From the NCBI GenBank assembly GCA_043820815.1, contig JBDRDJ010000020.1, forward strand, positions 23,436-87,435: a DNA stretch of 64,000 nucleotides, in the 5' to 3' direction. The DNA comes from Candidatus Omnitrophota bacterium (GTDB taxonomy: Bacteria > Omnitrophota > Gorgyraeia > Duberdicusellales > 4484-171). Made by a program: the position numbers and the translations under genes. Each line of letters begins with the position of its first letter. Within the stretch, counting starts at the first letter, position 1. This document shows, piece by piece, positions 35,495 to 45,244 of the stretch. The notes beneath the pieces are model-generated. The model saw nothing but the letters and a program-made list of their open reading frames with translations. It searched no databases and was not told the origin of the DNA.

Positions 35495-36457
35495 ATGATC
35501 AAAAATTATACAAGAGCTGCCAGAAGAAAAGCCGGGTGGATTTTCTTGAAATTTTTCACTGCTCTGCACGGAGCAATGCCTCTTTGTGCGGGTTACCTGT
35601 CGGGGCATATACTGGGCAGAATCGCATATTTTGCTGCCGGACGGCATAGAAAAATTGCCATTGAAGGTTTATCAATTGCTTTTAAAGAATTATCCCTTAA
35701 ACAAAAAAAACAGATAACTATGGATTTCTTTATCTTTATGGCTCAGAGTGCGTTTGAGCTGCTGCACTATTCCATAAATCTTGATAAGGCCAAGCAGGCA
35801 ATACGCATAGAAGGGGATGAATTTCTTAAAAGAGCATTAGAAAAAGGCAAGGGCGCAATACTTCTCACTGCCCATTTAGGAAATTTTCCGCTTCTAAGTT
35901 TGCGCCTGGTGCGCCAGGGGTATCTTGTTAATTTTGTAGCCCGCCCAATGCGTGATGAAAAGACCGGTGACTACATACATGAATTACGCAGCCATACCGG
36001 TATTAAAACTATTTATTCATACCCCCGCAGAAAGTGTATCAATGATATCATAACCTGTTTAAAAAGGAACGAGATTGTGTTAATCCAAATGGACCAGAAT
36101 TTCGGAACCGGCGGAGTTTGGGTAAAATTTTTTAATAAACTCGCAGCTACTCCTGTAGGCCCTATAACACTTGCTTTAAGAACCAAAGCGCCCATAGTCG
36201 CTGCTTATATACACAGGGAATCCTTAGGGAAACATTGTATCCGTATTTTTCCTGAACTTGATTTAGACCACGCACCCGAAAAAAATGAAACCATTTTGAT
36301 AAATGCCGTTAAATTCACCAGAATTATCGAAGGGTGGATTAAGCAATTCCCTTCTCAATGGAGCTGGATACATCGCCGCTGGAAATCGCGGCCTTCGGAA
36401 AAAATAAAGAAGATAAAATATAAGATTGAAAACTGTTGTAATGCGGATATAATCTGA
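35495..36457 (+). CDS. lipid A biosynthesis (Kdo)2-lipid IVA acyltransferase family protein (LpxL/HtrB-like)
   Basis: N-terminal membrane anchor, the TAHLGNFPLL acyltransferase H-box context, and QWSWIHRRWK near the C-terminus, typical of the family. Confidence 0.75.
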   Translation: MIKNYTRAARRKAGWIFLKFFTALHGAMPLCAGYLSGHILGRIAYFAAGRHRKIAIEGLSIAFKELSLKQKKQITMDFFIFMAQSAFELLHYSINLDKAKQAIRIEGDEFLKRALEKGKGAILLTAHLGNFPLLSLRLVRQGYLVNFVARPMRDEKTGDYIHELRSHTGIKTIYSYPRRKCINDIITCLKRNEIVLIQMDQNFGTGGVWVKFFNKLAATPVGPITLALRTKAPIVAAYIHRESLGKHCIRIFPELDLDHAPEKNETILINAVKFTRIIEGWIKQFPSQWSWIHRRWKSRPSEKIKKIKYKIENCCNADII

Positions 36458-36481
36458 TAAAATTATTAAAAAGGGGAAATA

Positions 36482-37441
36482 GTGGAAGAAAAAATTTCTG
36501 TAGGAATCGGGATTAATCTTTTTAATGCGGGCGCTGTTCTTATGAGGGAGGACAAAAGTATAGCGGCGCAAATAGAGAGAAAGAACGGCCCTGCCAACGC
36601 CAATGAAACCATCAGTATGCTTTTTGAGTTATTTGATGAAATATTGAATAAGGCCAAGAAGCTAAGGGAAACTGTTGAATGTGTCGGGTTGGCATTGGGG
36701 GGAATTGTAAACAGAAACAAAGGAATTGTGTATTGGCCCCAGAGAGAAGAATCTTCGTACGTGTATGTTGCGGTACCGTTAAAAGAGTTTTTTGAGAAAA
36801 AGTTTGGATTACCTGTTTCAGTAGACAATGATGCAACCGCATGTGCCCTGGCCGAACATAAAATAAATTTTTCCCGCTATAAGAATATAATTTATATGTT
36901 TTCCGGTGTTGGCTGCGGTATAATCATAGACGGAAGTGTTTATAGAGGTAAAAGCGGCCGGGCAGGAGAGATTTTCTTGCGCTCCAAAAAGGCAATGAGT
37001 TCTACCTTGGGAGATTTTTCTTTTTTAAGGCAATGGCCTGCTGATTTAGATATGGTAAAAAGAGCTAAAGAGCTGATATCGCTGGGGAAAGTTACATCTT
37101 TAATAAGAAAAATCACCCCTACCGGCGAGCTGGCATTAAAAGATATATTCAATGAGGCAAAAAAGAAAGACCCTGTTTCAAGAACAGTCCTGGGAGAGGC
37201 AGCAATATCCCTTGGAGTGAAGATTGCCTTTCTGATAAACCTCTTTGATCCTAACATGGTTATTATCGGAGGAGGCCTTGAGGAATCGGGCGATTTCCTT
37301 TTGCAGGAATGCATAGATTCCGTAAAGGATTTTGCTTTTAATGAATCAAGAAAAAATTGCAAAATTGCTTTTTCTCAGCTTGGTTCCGGGGCAACTTCTC
37401 TAGGGGCCGCGCTGGGAGCTTTTAATGAAATAAATCAATAA
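36482..37441 (+). CDS. ROK family protein (atypical: lacks the Cys-rich zinc motif)
   Basis: DNDATACALAE and GVGCGIIIDGSVYRGKSGRAGE ROK signatures. GTG start. There is no CxCGxxGC zinc motif, so kinase activity is uncertain. Confidence 0.75.
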   Translation: MEEKISVGIGINLFNAGAVLMREDKSIAAQIERKNGPANANETISMLFELFDEILNKAKKLRETVECVGLALGGIVNRNKGIVYWPQREESSYVYVAVPLKEFFEKKFGLPVSVDNDATACALAEHKINFSRYKNIIYMFSGVGCGIIIDGSVYRGKSGRAGEIFLRSKKAMSSTLGDFSFLRQWPADLDMVKRAKELISLGKVTSLIRKITPTGELALKDIFNEAKKKDPVSRTVLGEAAISLGVKIAFLINLFDPNMVIIGGGLEESGDFLLQECIDSVKDFAFNESRKNCKIAFSQLGSGATSLGAALGAFNEINQ

Positions 37442-37447
37442 TGTTTC

Positions 37448-37475
37448 TTTACAGATATCTTTCGCATGCTATAAT
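37448..37475 (+). promoter_or_regulatory. candidate promoter for coiled-coil protein gene (TTTACA-16-TATAAT)
   Basis: -35 at 37448-37453 and -10 at 37470-37475. Confidence 0.45.
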
Positions 37476-37524
37476 AATGGCATTAATAATTTAATAATAT
37501 TTTTATACGAAAAGGGAGGTGTTA

Positions 37525-38697
37525 ATGGATAAGATGAAACTTATCATTTCTCTTCTGATACTCGCCTTAGGCGTGGGTGGATTTGCTGCATGGACTTTTT
37601 ATACCGAGAAACAGAGCCTTAAAAGTGAACGGGATTCTTTGAGCGCTGAGCTTAAACAGAAAAAAGAGGATTACAGTAACCTTAATGATTCATACTCGTC
37701 TTTAAATACCGAAAAGCAAGAGTTAGAGCGAAGGCTTTCTTCGATTAGTGATCAGCTTTCTGTGGTTGAGCGGGAAAGGGATGGCCTGGCTTCTAAGTAC
37801 AAGGAGGCTTCCCTTCAGAATGATTTGTTGGCAGAGAAAGTCGAAGAGCTTATGGCTAAGCCAAAGATAAGCGTTGAATCCATGACGCCTTCCGGTCAAG
37901 CATCAATTGCATCAGAAGAATACTGGGCTGATTTTGTAAAGGCGAAAGCCCAGCTGGAATCAGAATTGGAAGGCTTAAAAGAAAAGCTTGCCGAACAAAC
38001 AGACGGCTCGGTTGAGCTTGAGAAGAAAAATAAGGAAATTGCCATAAAGATAGATGAGATAACAAAAGAGCGCGATAGGCTTGAGGAAGAAATCAGGTTT
38101 AAGGAAAGAACTATTGGAATCATGAGTAAAGACTTAGTTAACGAAAGGGAAGCGCGCCAGAACGCCCTGGAGGAATTAAAAGTGCTTCGTTCGGAAAATC
38201 TGAAAATGAAAAGAGAGTCGGTTCTTGTTAACAAAGAAAAATCAACATTGCAGAATGATTTTAACGAAGTATTAAAAAAGAAACAGGTCTTAGAAAGTAA
38301 AATTTCCGAAATTGAAAATGTTGTAAGGGAAAAAACACTTGCGTTTGACAGTTTGCAGGATCACTTACAAAGAGCTATAAAAACAGGAAAGCAGGTGACT
38401 TCTGCGGAGACAGCATCTGTTGAGCTTCCGCCTATTGTCGTAAAGCCCGATACATCCGGCATAGAGGGTTTACGCGGAGAAGTTATCGCGGTCAATCCAC
38501 AGGAAAAGTTTGTAATTGTCGATATAGGTGAATCTCAAGGCGTTCGCCCGGGAATTATTCTTAGGGTATTAAGAGGCAGCAAGGATATAGGATCAGTAGA
38601 AGTAATTGAAACAAGACGGGAAATTTCCGCCGCTGACATAAAAGAGTTAAGCACCGGCCTGTTAATACAAGAAGGCGATGTTGTTGTAAGTAAATAG
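37525..38697 (+). CDS. membrane-anchored coiled-coil protein with small C-terminal beta-rich domain
   Basis: N-terminal TM helix, ~280 aa of heptad-like E/K/L-rich sequence, and a C-terminal ~75-aa domain (GEVIAVNPQEKFVIVDIGESQGVRPG..). ATG 37525 lies 6 nt after GGGAGG. Confidence 0.6.
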   Translation: MDKMKLIISLLILALGVGGFAAWTFYTEKQSLKSERDSLSAELKQKKEDYSNLNDSYSSLNTEKQELERRLSSISDQLSVVERERDGLASKYKEASLQNDLLAEKVEELMAKPKISVESMTPSGQASIASEEYWADFVKAKAQLESELEGLKEKLAEQTDGSVELEKKNKEIAIKIDEITKERDRLEEEIRFKERTIGIMSKDLVNEREARQNALEELKVLRSENLKMKRESVLVNKEKSTLQNDFNEVLKKKQVLESKISEIENVVREKTLAFDSLQDHLQRAIKTGKQVTSAETASVELPPIVVKPDTSGIEGLRGEVIAVNPQEKFVIVDIGESQGVRPGIILRVLRGSKDIGSVEVIETRREISAADIKELSTGLLIQEGDVVVSK

Positions 38698-38733
38698 TTG
38701 CAATCTTAATTTAGGTTATAATCCGCCTTATAT

Positions 38734-39729
38734 ATGGCCTCAAATAAACTTACCATAAAAGAAGTAGCCAAGAAAGCCGGTGTGTCTATTGCAACTGTTT
38801 CAAGGTTCCTTAATAATCCTACCTCTTTAAGAGAAGAAAACCGTAAGAAAGTTGAGTCTATCGTAAAAGAGCTAAATTACCGTCCGCTTGTTTATGCCCG
38901 CCGGCTTGCAGGAGGAAAACTTAATAGTTTTGGTTTGATAATTCCCGGATACGAAGGTATTTTTTATTCGTATTATGCCCTCGAGACCATAAGAAACATT
39001 GCTTCCATGCTCGACAAAGACGGCATTGATACGCATTTACATATTTTTTGGACCAAAGATAACTTTAAGACTTCTTTGGTCGATGGGATAATTTTCGCAG
39101 ATATTATAGGCAATGAGGGCCAGCTTAAGCGGTGTATGGAAGAGGAGATACCGCTTGTCGTAATCAATAGAAAAGTTGACGATCCGGGCGTTAGTTGTGT
39201 TTCAATTGATAATTTTAAAGGTGGTTATGAGGCTACCGATTTCCTAATAAAGCATGGCCACAAAAAGGTGGCTCATCTCGTCGGTGATTTACGGATTCAG
39301 TGTGCAAAAGAACGATTAGACGGCTATAAGGCGGCACTGCAGAAGAACGGAATAAGTTCAGATAACCGCTATATAGCAAACACAAATTTCTCACGCAAAA
39401 TTGCTCGTGAGCAAACTGAAAAATTAATGTCTTTACCGGATAAACCTTCAGCAATTTTCTGCTGCAGCGATGAAGTTGCGGTTGAGGTGCTTGCTTATTG
39501 CGAAGAAAAGAAGATTAAAATTCCTGGAGGATTGAGTGTTGTCGGGTTTGATGATAATCCAAATTGTATCCACGGGAACCTTATGCTTACAACGATAAGG
39601 CAGCCGCTGGCTAAGATGGCTTCTGTTGGTATTCAGATTTTGAAAGAAAAAATCAGTAAATTATTATCTAATAAGAAAGTTGTTATTGAGCCTGAGCTTA
39701 TTGTAAGGGATACTGTTAGTTTTGCTTAA
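38734..39729 (+). CDS. LacI family transcriptional regulator
   Basis: The N-terminal HTH TIKEVAKKAGVSIATVSRFLN and a periplasmic-binding-protein-like effector domain. Confidence 0.9.
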   Translation: MASNKLTIKEVAKKAGVSIATVSRFLNNPTSLREENRKKVESIVKELNYRPLVYARRLAGGKLNSFGLIIPGYEGIFYSYYALETIRNIASMLDKDGIDTHLHIFWTKDNFKTSLVDGIIFADIIGNEGQLKRCMEEEIPLVVINRKVDDPGVSCVSIDNFKGGYEATDFLIKHGHKKVAHLVGDLRIQCAKERLDGYKAALQKNGISSDNRYIANTNFSRKIAREQTEKLMSLPDKPSAIFCCSDEVAVEVLAYCEEKKIKIPGGLSVVGFDDNPNCIHGNLMLTTIRQPLAKMASVGIQILKEKISKLLSNKKVVIEPELIVRDTVSFA

Positions 39730-40157
39730 AGCATCTTTTGTTATTTTGAAGGTAGGTAAGATAAGCACGTTGAAAGTACGTTCTTTGAAGCTTTCGAGCC
39801 TAATGAGTTTGGCGCCTGTATCAACTATGTTTTTTCATTAAAGAAATAAACAGGGCGTAAGCGTCGTTTTAAAAGCCGGCTGTATGCGGTAGAAAACATT
39901 AATTGTTATTTTGTTTATCGGCACTTCTGGTAATTGCATTTAATACCGCAAACAGATTTAAAAATTTTCTTAAAAGGAATCATTATAAAACCGGCTTTAA
40001 GTCATGTGCTTTCCTGCCTTCTTTTTAAACCACATATATTATTCCATCTTTGATGGCTTACAGTTAATCTTGAAATTTTCTGCTTTTAATTTTAACTTCG
40101 GTAATATCCCTTTTGTGTCATTATGCATTTTTTACGCGTCAAAAATCCTGCTTGTAT

Positions 40158-40173
40158 GTTCAATATGTTGTGT
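40158..40173. promoter_or_regulatory. candidate NrdR box 1 (GTTCAATATGTTGTGT)
   Basis: 12/16 matches to the published NrdR consensus acaCwAtATaTwgtgt. It lies 110 nt upstream of nrdJ. Confidence 0.4.
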
Positions 40174-40189
40174 GTGTTTTACCGGATTG

Positions 40190-40205
40190 ACACTACATCT
40201 GGTAT
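40190..40205. promoter_or_regulatory. candidate NrdR box 2 (ACACTACATCTGGTAT)
   Basis: 12/16 matches to the NrdR consensus. Its start is 32 bp from the box 1 start, which is the typical tandem spacing. Confidence 0.4.
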
Positions 40206-40208
40206 TTC

Positions 40209-40236
40209 TTGACTTTTCTTCCGGGAATGGTATAAA
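40209..40236 (+). promoter_or_regulatory. candidate nrdJ promoter (TTGACT-16-TGgTATAAA)
   Basis: -35 at 40209-40214 and -10 at 40231-40236 with an upstream TG, immediately downstream of the candidate NrdR boxes. Confidence 0.45.
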
Positions 40237-40282
40237 ATATTTGGTTGGCAGTTATTTTTAATTTTGATGGAGGAATATTATC

Positions 40283-42559
40283 ATGAATGACAGTCTTTAT
40301 TTCTCGCCCAACGCTTGTATAGTCCTTAAAAAACGCTACCTCAAAAAAGACGAAAACGGAAATGTTATCGAAACTCCCAAACAGCTGGTTGAAAGAGTCG
40401 CTTCGGCAATTGCTTCGGTGGGTAAGAAATACGGCGAAGACAAGGAAGAAACAGTTTTAACGCGCGATCGTTTTGCGCAGATGATTTCAAAGCTTGAGTT
40501 TATGCCTAACTCGCCGACGCTAATGAACGCCGGTAAAGAACTAGGCCAGCTTTCCGCCTGTTTTGTTATTCCTGTTGAAGACAGTATGGATTCGATTTTT
40601 GATGCGATTAAGGCCACAGCTTTAGTTCATAAAACAGGCGGCGGCACAGGTTTTAGTTTTTCCCGCCTTCGTCCAAAAAGCAGCGTTGTTAAGTCAACAG
40701 GCGGAATTGCCAGCGGCCCGGTTTCTTTTATGAAGGTTTTTGATGCTGCGACTCAGGCTGTAAAACAAGGCGGGACCCGGCGCGGGGCAAACATGGGAAT
40801 ACTGCGTGTAGACCATCCTGATATTGTTGAATTTATTGAATGCAAAAGCAAAGAAGGAGATATTTCCAATTTTAATATTTCTGTGGCTTTAACCGATGCC
40901 TTTATGGAGGCAGTGCTTAAGAATGAAGATTATGATTTAATTGATCCCCATACTAAAGAGGCAAAGGGTAAGCTTAAAGCACTTGAGGTATTTGATCTTA
41001 TTGCAACCAACGCTCATAATAACGGTGAGCCGGGAATTGTTTTTATTGATAGGATCAACGAAGCTAACCCAACCTGTCATCTGGGTAATATGGAAAGTAC
41101 TAATCCCTGCGGTGAACAGCCCCTTCTTCCTTTTGAATCATGCAATTTAGGCTCAATTAATATGGCTAAGATGCTTAAGGAGGCCAATGGCGTGTTTGAA
41201 ATTGACTGGGAGAAATTGGCCGGTACAACCAAGTCCGCCGTTCTTTTTCTCGATAATGTTATTGACGCCAACAAATTTCCCCTGCCGCAAATTAAAGAGA
41301 ATACTTTAAGAACCCGCAAAATTGGTTTAGGTATTATGGGTTGGGCAACAATGTTAGGGTTTATGGGTATGCCTTACGATAGTGACGAGGCTATAGATCT
41401 TGCTAAACAAGTCATGGGCTATATTTATGAAAAAGCTCGCGATGAGTCAGTTAGGCTTGCAAAAAAACGCGGCGTGTTTCCGGCATGGAAAAATAGCATA
41501 TGGGATAAGCGGGGAGCAAGAATACGCAACGCTACACTTACAACAATTGCTCCTACCGGAACAATTAGCATAATATCAGGCCCGACGTCCTCAGGCATCG
41601 AGCCTAATTTCTCTTTGTGTTTTTTCCGTAATGTTTTAGATGGCGAGAAGCTTCTTGATGCTGACCCTTCCTTTGAATATACGGCAAAAAAAGAAGGTTT
41701 TTATTCCGAAGATTTGATGAAAAAGATAGCTCAGGGTGAAAGCATTCAAAAGATGAAAGATATTCCTGATAAAATAAAAGGAGTTTTTAAGACAGCATTG
41801 GAGATTTCTCCCTTTTGGCATATTAAAATGCAGTCAGCATTTCAGGATTTTACCGATAATGCAGTTTCAAAGACCATTAATCTTCCTAACGGCGCTTCGG
41901 CGGAGGATGTAAAACAAGGTTACTTACTTGCTTACAAGTTAGGATGTAAAGGTATTACCGTTTATCGTGACGGGTCCCGGAGCGTACAGGTGCTTACTGT
42001 TGATAAGAAAAACCAGCAAGAGAAAAAAGAGAGCGCTCCTTCAGTAATAACATATCCTAAACCAAGGCCTGAGGTGATAATCGGAACAACCACCAAGGTT
42101 ACAACCGGATGCGGAAACCTTTATATTACAGTGAACCAGGACGAGGAAGGAAGTCTTTTTGAGGTATTTACTCAAATGGGTAAAGCCGGAGGATGTGCCG
42201 CGTCACAGCTTGAGGCAATCGGCAGGCTTGTTTCGCTTGCGCTTAGGGGCGGTATTGACATGAAAGTTATGGTTGAACAGCTTAAGGGTATCCGGTGCCC
42301 TTCGCCTTCGTGGGCAAACGGTAAAAAGATTTTCTCCTGTGCTGATGCTATCGCCCGTGTTCTTGAAAAACGGGTAATAGATCAAAAAGAAGTAGTGAAA
42401 GTTAAGATTGGCCAGCAGGATTCCAAGCAGGAACCGGTAGCCGTAAGGGTACAAAGCAGTCTTAGGAATATTGTCGGGGTTTGTTCTGATTGCGGTTTTG
42501 CTCTAAGGCACCAGGAAGGGTGCATGATGTGTGATGCTTGCGGGTACTCTAAATGTTAA
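40283..42559 (+). CDS. nrdJ: class II (adenosylcobalamin-dependent) ribonucleotide reductase
   Basis: PNSPTLMNAG, SACFV, TNPCGEQPLLPFESCNLGSIN (catalytic Cys/Asn/Glu), and a C-terminal Cys-rich tail CSDCG..CMMCDACG. Confidence 0.9.
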   Translation: MNDSLYFSPNACIVLKKRYLKKDENGNVIETPKQLVERVASAIASVGKKYGEDKEETVLTRDRFAQMISKLEFMPNSPTLMNAGKELGQLSACFVIPVEDSMDSIFDAIKATALVHKTGGGTGFSFSRLRPKSSVVKSTGGIASGPVSFMKVFDAATQAVKQGGTRRGANMGILRVDHPDIVEFIECKSKEGDISNFNISVALTDAFMEAVLKNEDYDLIDPHTKEAKGKLKALEVFDLIATNAHNNGEPGIVFIDRINEANPTCHLGNMESTNPCGEQPLLPFESCNLGSINMAKMLKEANGVFEIDWEKLAGTTKSAVLFLDNVIDANKFPLPQIKENTLRTRKIGLGIMGWATMLGFMGMPYDSDEAIDLAKQVMGYIYEKARDESVRLAKKRGVFPAWKNSIWDKRGARIRNATLTTIAPTGTISIISGPTSSGIEPNFSLCFFRNVLDGEKLLDADPSFEYTAKKEGFYSEDLMKKIAQGESIQKMKDIPDKIKGVFKTALEISPFWHIKMQSAFQDFTDNAVSKTINLPNGASAEDVKQGYLLAYKLGCKGITVYRDGSRSVQVLTVDKKNQQEKKESAPSVITYPKPRPEVIIGTTTKVTTGCGNLYITVNQDEEGSLFEVFTQMGKAGGCAASQLEAIGRLVSLALRGGIDMKVMVEQLKGIRCPSPSWANGKKIFSCADAIARVLEKRVIDQKEVVKVKIGQQDSKQEPVAVRVQSSLRNIVGVCSDCGFALRHQEGCMMCDACGYSKC

Positions 42560-42628
42560 TGAGGACTCAACTTATGTTCGTTCATTTCATTTACTCCATA
42601 AGTAGCGTGCTAATTAGAGATAAACAAA

Positions 42629-43372
42629 ATGTATAAGGTTGTATTATTAAGGCATGGTGAGAGCGTTTGGAACCTGGAAAATAGATTTACCGGTTGGACT
42701 GATGTCGGCCTTTCCGAAAAAGGCGTAAAGGAAGCGCATGAAGGGTCAAAATGGCTTTTAAAACAAGGCTATACTTTTGATATAGCCTATACTTCTGTTC
42801 TTAAGAGGGCTATAGCCACGTTATGGATTGTTCTTGAAGACATGGATTTAATGTGGATACCAGTTGAGAGGTGCTGGCGCCTTAACGAACGCCATTACGG
42901 AGCCCTGCAGGGGTTAAATAAAATAGAGACAGTTGAGAAGTTTGGCGATGAACAGGTGCTTATTTGGAGAAGAAGCTATGACATCCGTCCTCCTGTTTTG
43001 ACAGAAGACGACCAGCGCTATCCCGGAAATGACCCGCGTTATAAGTCTTTAACAAGGGGCCAATTACCTTTAACCGAATGCCTTAAGGATACGGTTGCAA
43101 GATTTCTTCCTTACTGGCACGATGAGATTGCCCCCAGCATATTGTCAGGAAAGCGTGTGCTTATTGCGGCACACGGAAATAGTTTAAGGGCACTTGTTAA
43201 ATATCTTGATGATATTTCCGACGAAGATATCGTTCAGCTTAATATACCTACCGGTATCCCCCTCGTATATGAACTAGATGAAGATCTTAACCCTCTCAAA
43301 CACTATTACTTAGGTGATCCCGAGATTATCGAAAAAGCCATCAATTCCGTCAAACAACAAATAAAGAAATAA
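42629..43372 (+). CDS. gpmA: 2,3-bisphosphoglycerate-dependent phosphoglycerate mutase
   Basis: [10 protein letters not shown] catalytic His motif, with full-length dPGM similarity. Confidence 0.95.
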   Translation: MYKVVLLRHGESVWNLENRFTGWTDVGLSEKGVKEAHEGSKWLLKQGYTFDIAYTSVLKRAIATLWIVLEDMDLMWIPVERCWRLNERHYGALQGLNKIETVEKFGDEQVLIWRRSYDIRPPVLTEDDQRYPGNDPRYKSLTRGQLPLTECLKDTVARFLPYWHDEIAPSILSGKRVLIAAHGNSLRALVKYLDDISDEDIVQLNIPTGIPLVYELDEDLNPLKHYYLGDPEIIEKAINSVKQQIKK

Positions 43373-43405
43373 TCCGTTAGTATTTCAGGGCCTTGATCTA
43401 AAACA

Positions 43406-45244
43406 ATGCAAGCATTCTTATATGATGTAATAGTTGTTGGCGGCGGCCATGCCGGGATTGAGGCGGCATGGGCTGCGGCCAAATTAGGCGGTAGTGTGCT
43501 TTTGCTCACCATTGATATTGATGCAATAGGCAAACTTTCTTGTAATCCGGCAGTGGGAGGAATTGCAAAGGGCCATTTGGTTCGGGAGGTAGACGCCTTA
43601 GGCGGGCTTATAGGAAGGATTGCTGATGAGTGTGCCATAGGTTACCGCGTTTTAAACAAAAGTAAAGGTAAGGCAGTATGGGCTACCCGGGCTCAGGTTG
43701 ACAGGTTTAAATATCAGCAAATAGCACGAAAGTTCCTCGAGGGTTCAGAAAACATCCGTATCATTGGAGGCATGGTCTCGGAAATAAAAGTAAAAGCCGG
43801 GAAAGTCCATTCAGTTATAACGAATTTCAATGAAATATTTAAGGCAAAAGCCGTTATTCTTTGCCCGGGCACATTCTTAAAAAGCACAATACACATAGGC
43901 TTAAGTAGTTTCTCAGGCGGAAGGCTTTATGAATCATCAAGTGATGCTTTATTTACGGTTCTTAAGAAATTAAAAATTAAAACCAGACATTTTAAGACCG
44001 GAACCTGTGCCCGCTTAAATAAACATACCATAGATTTCTCGAAGATGGCCGAGCAGCCGCCCGACCTTGAGGCTGAGCCTTTTTCTTTTTCAAACAAAAA
44101 TATTATCTCCCGTCAGTTAAGCTGCTATATAACGCACACGAACTCAAAGACCCATTCTATAATTAGAAGAAACCTTAAATATTCACCCCTTTATACGGGT
44201 AAAATCCGCTCCCGGGGAGTAAGGTATTGCCCGTCTATAGAGGACAAGATTATCAGGTTTCCGGATAAGAATAGCCACCAGGTTTTTATTGAACCCGAAG
44301 GCAGAGACTCTATAGAGATTTATCCTAACGGTATTTCAACTTCCCTTCCTTTTAAAGTCCAAGCGGATTTTATCCGGACGATTAAAGGCTTAGAAAATGC
44401 TCAAATTTTACGCCCTGGTTATGGAATTGAGCATGGCGTTATTGATTCAACCCAGCTTTATCCGACTTTTGAAACTAAGCACATAAAAGGCCTCTACTTT
44501 GCCGGACAGGTAAACGGAACAACCGGTTATGAAGAAGCAGCGGCGCAAGGATTGGTTGCGGGGGTTAATGCTGTTTTGAGCAATAAGAAGAAAAATAGTT
44601 TTATTGCAAAAAGGCATGATTCATTTATAGGGGTGCTTGCTGACGATTTGACCGCTAAAGGCACGGATGAGCCTTACCGCATGTTTACTTCACGCTGTGA
44701 GTTCAGGCTTTCGGTAAGAGAGAATAACGCTGACAGCAGGCTCATGCCGCTAGGATACAATATCGGCCTTGTGGCTAAGGCTGACTATGAACGGTTTAAA
44801 AGCAAAAAAAAGAATATAGAAAGTGCTCTCAGTGAATTAAAAAGTACAAAAATTACCCTTAACGGCAAGAAAACATCTCTTGCTGGCTTCCTAAAGCAGC
44901 CATGCAGAAGCATCCATGACATTAAATGTTATTTGACATCAAACAAATATGATAATGCTGTGTTAACGGAAGCTGAGATAAATATTAAATATGAAGGTTT
45001 CCTGCGCCGGGAAGATGTTTGGAATAGAGAGCTAAAGAATTTAGAGAAGGTTAAGGTGCCGCCGTTTGATTTTTTAAAAATTCCTTCTCTTTCAAAAGAA
45101 GTAAGGGAGAAACTTGATAAATTTAAACCTAAAACTTTAAAAGATGCCCTTGATATAAGCGGAATTACCCCAGCCGCTATCCTTGCCTTGTACTCACATA
45201 TAAAGAAGAACCGCCAGTCTGTTACCCGTTATATTTCAAGATAA
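43406..45244 (+). CDS. mnmG: tRNA uridine 5-carboxymethylaminomethyl modification enzyme MnmG (GidA)
   Basis: YDVIVVGGGHAGIEAA FAD motif, with full-length GidA similarity. Confidence 0.95.
   Translation: MQAFLYDVIVVGGGHAGIEAAWAAAKLGGSVLLLTIDIDAIGKLSCNPAVGGIAKGHLVREVDALGGLIGRIADECAIGYRVLNKSKGKAVWATRAQVDRFKYQQIARKFLEGSENIRIIGGMVSEIKVKAGKVHSVITNFNEIFKAKAVILCPGTFLKSTIHIGLSSFSGGRLYESSSDALFTVLKKLKIKTRHFKTGTCARLNKHTIDFSKMAEQPPDLEAEPFSFSNKNIISRQLSCYITHTNSKTHSIIRRNLKYSPLYTGKIRSRGVRYCPSIEDKIIRFPDKNSHQVFIEPEGRDSIEIYPNGISTSLPFKVQADFIRTIKGLENAQILRPGYGIEHGVIDSTQLYPTFETKHIKGLYFAGQVNGTTGYEEAAAQGLVAGVNAVLSNKKKNSFIAKRHDSFIGVLADDLTAKGTDEPYRMFTSRCEFRLSVRENNADSRLMPLGYNIGLVAKADYERFKSKKKNIESALSELKSTKITLNGKKTSLAGFLKQPCRSIHDIKCYLTSNKYDNAVLTEAEINIKYEGFLRREDVWNRELKNLEKVKVPPFDFLKIPSLSKEVREKLDKFKPKTLKDALDISGITPAAILALYSHIKKNRQSVTRYISR

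Noticed and set aside
40004-40261. 85-aa ORF in the nrdJ upstream region.
   Set aside because: It has no SD, an implausible Phe/Cys/Leu-rich composition, and it overlaps the predicted nrdJ promoter and candidate NrdR boxes. I treat it as non-coding.
39730-40282. Cobalamin riboswitch upstream of the B12-dependent nrdJ.
   Set aside because: No B12-box-like sequence or the expected GC-rich multi-stem core is visible. Known B12 riboswitches typically repress B12-independent isozymes, not nrdJ.
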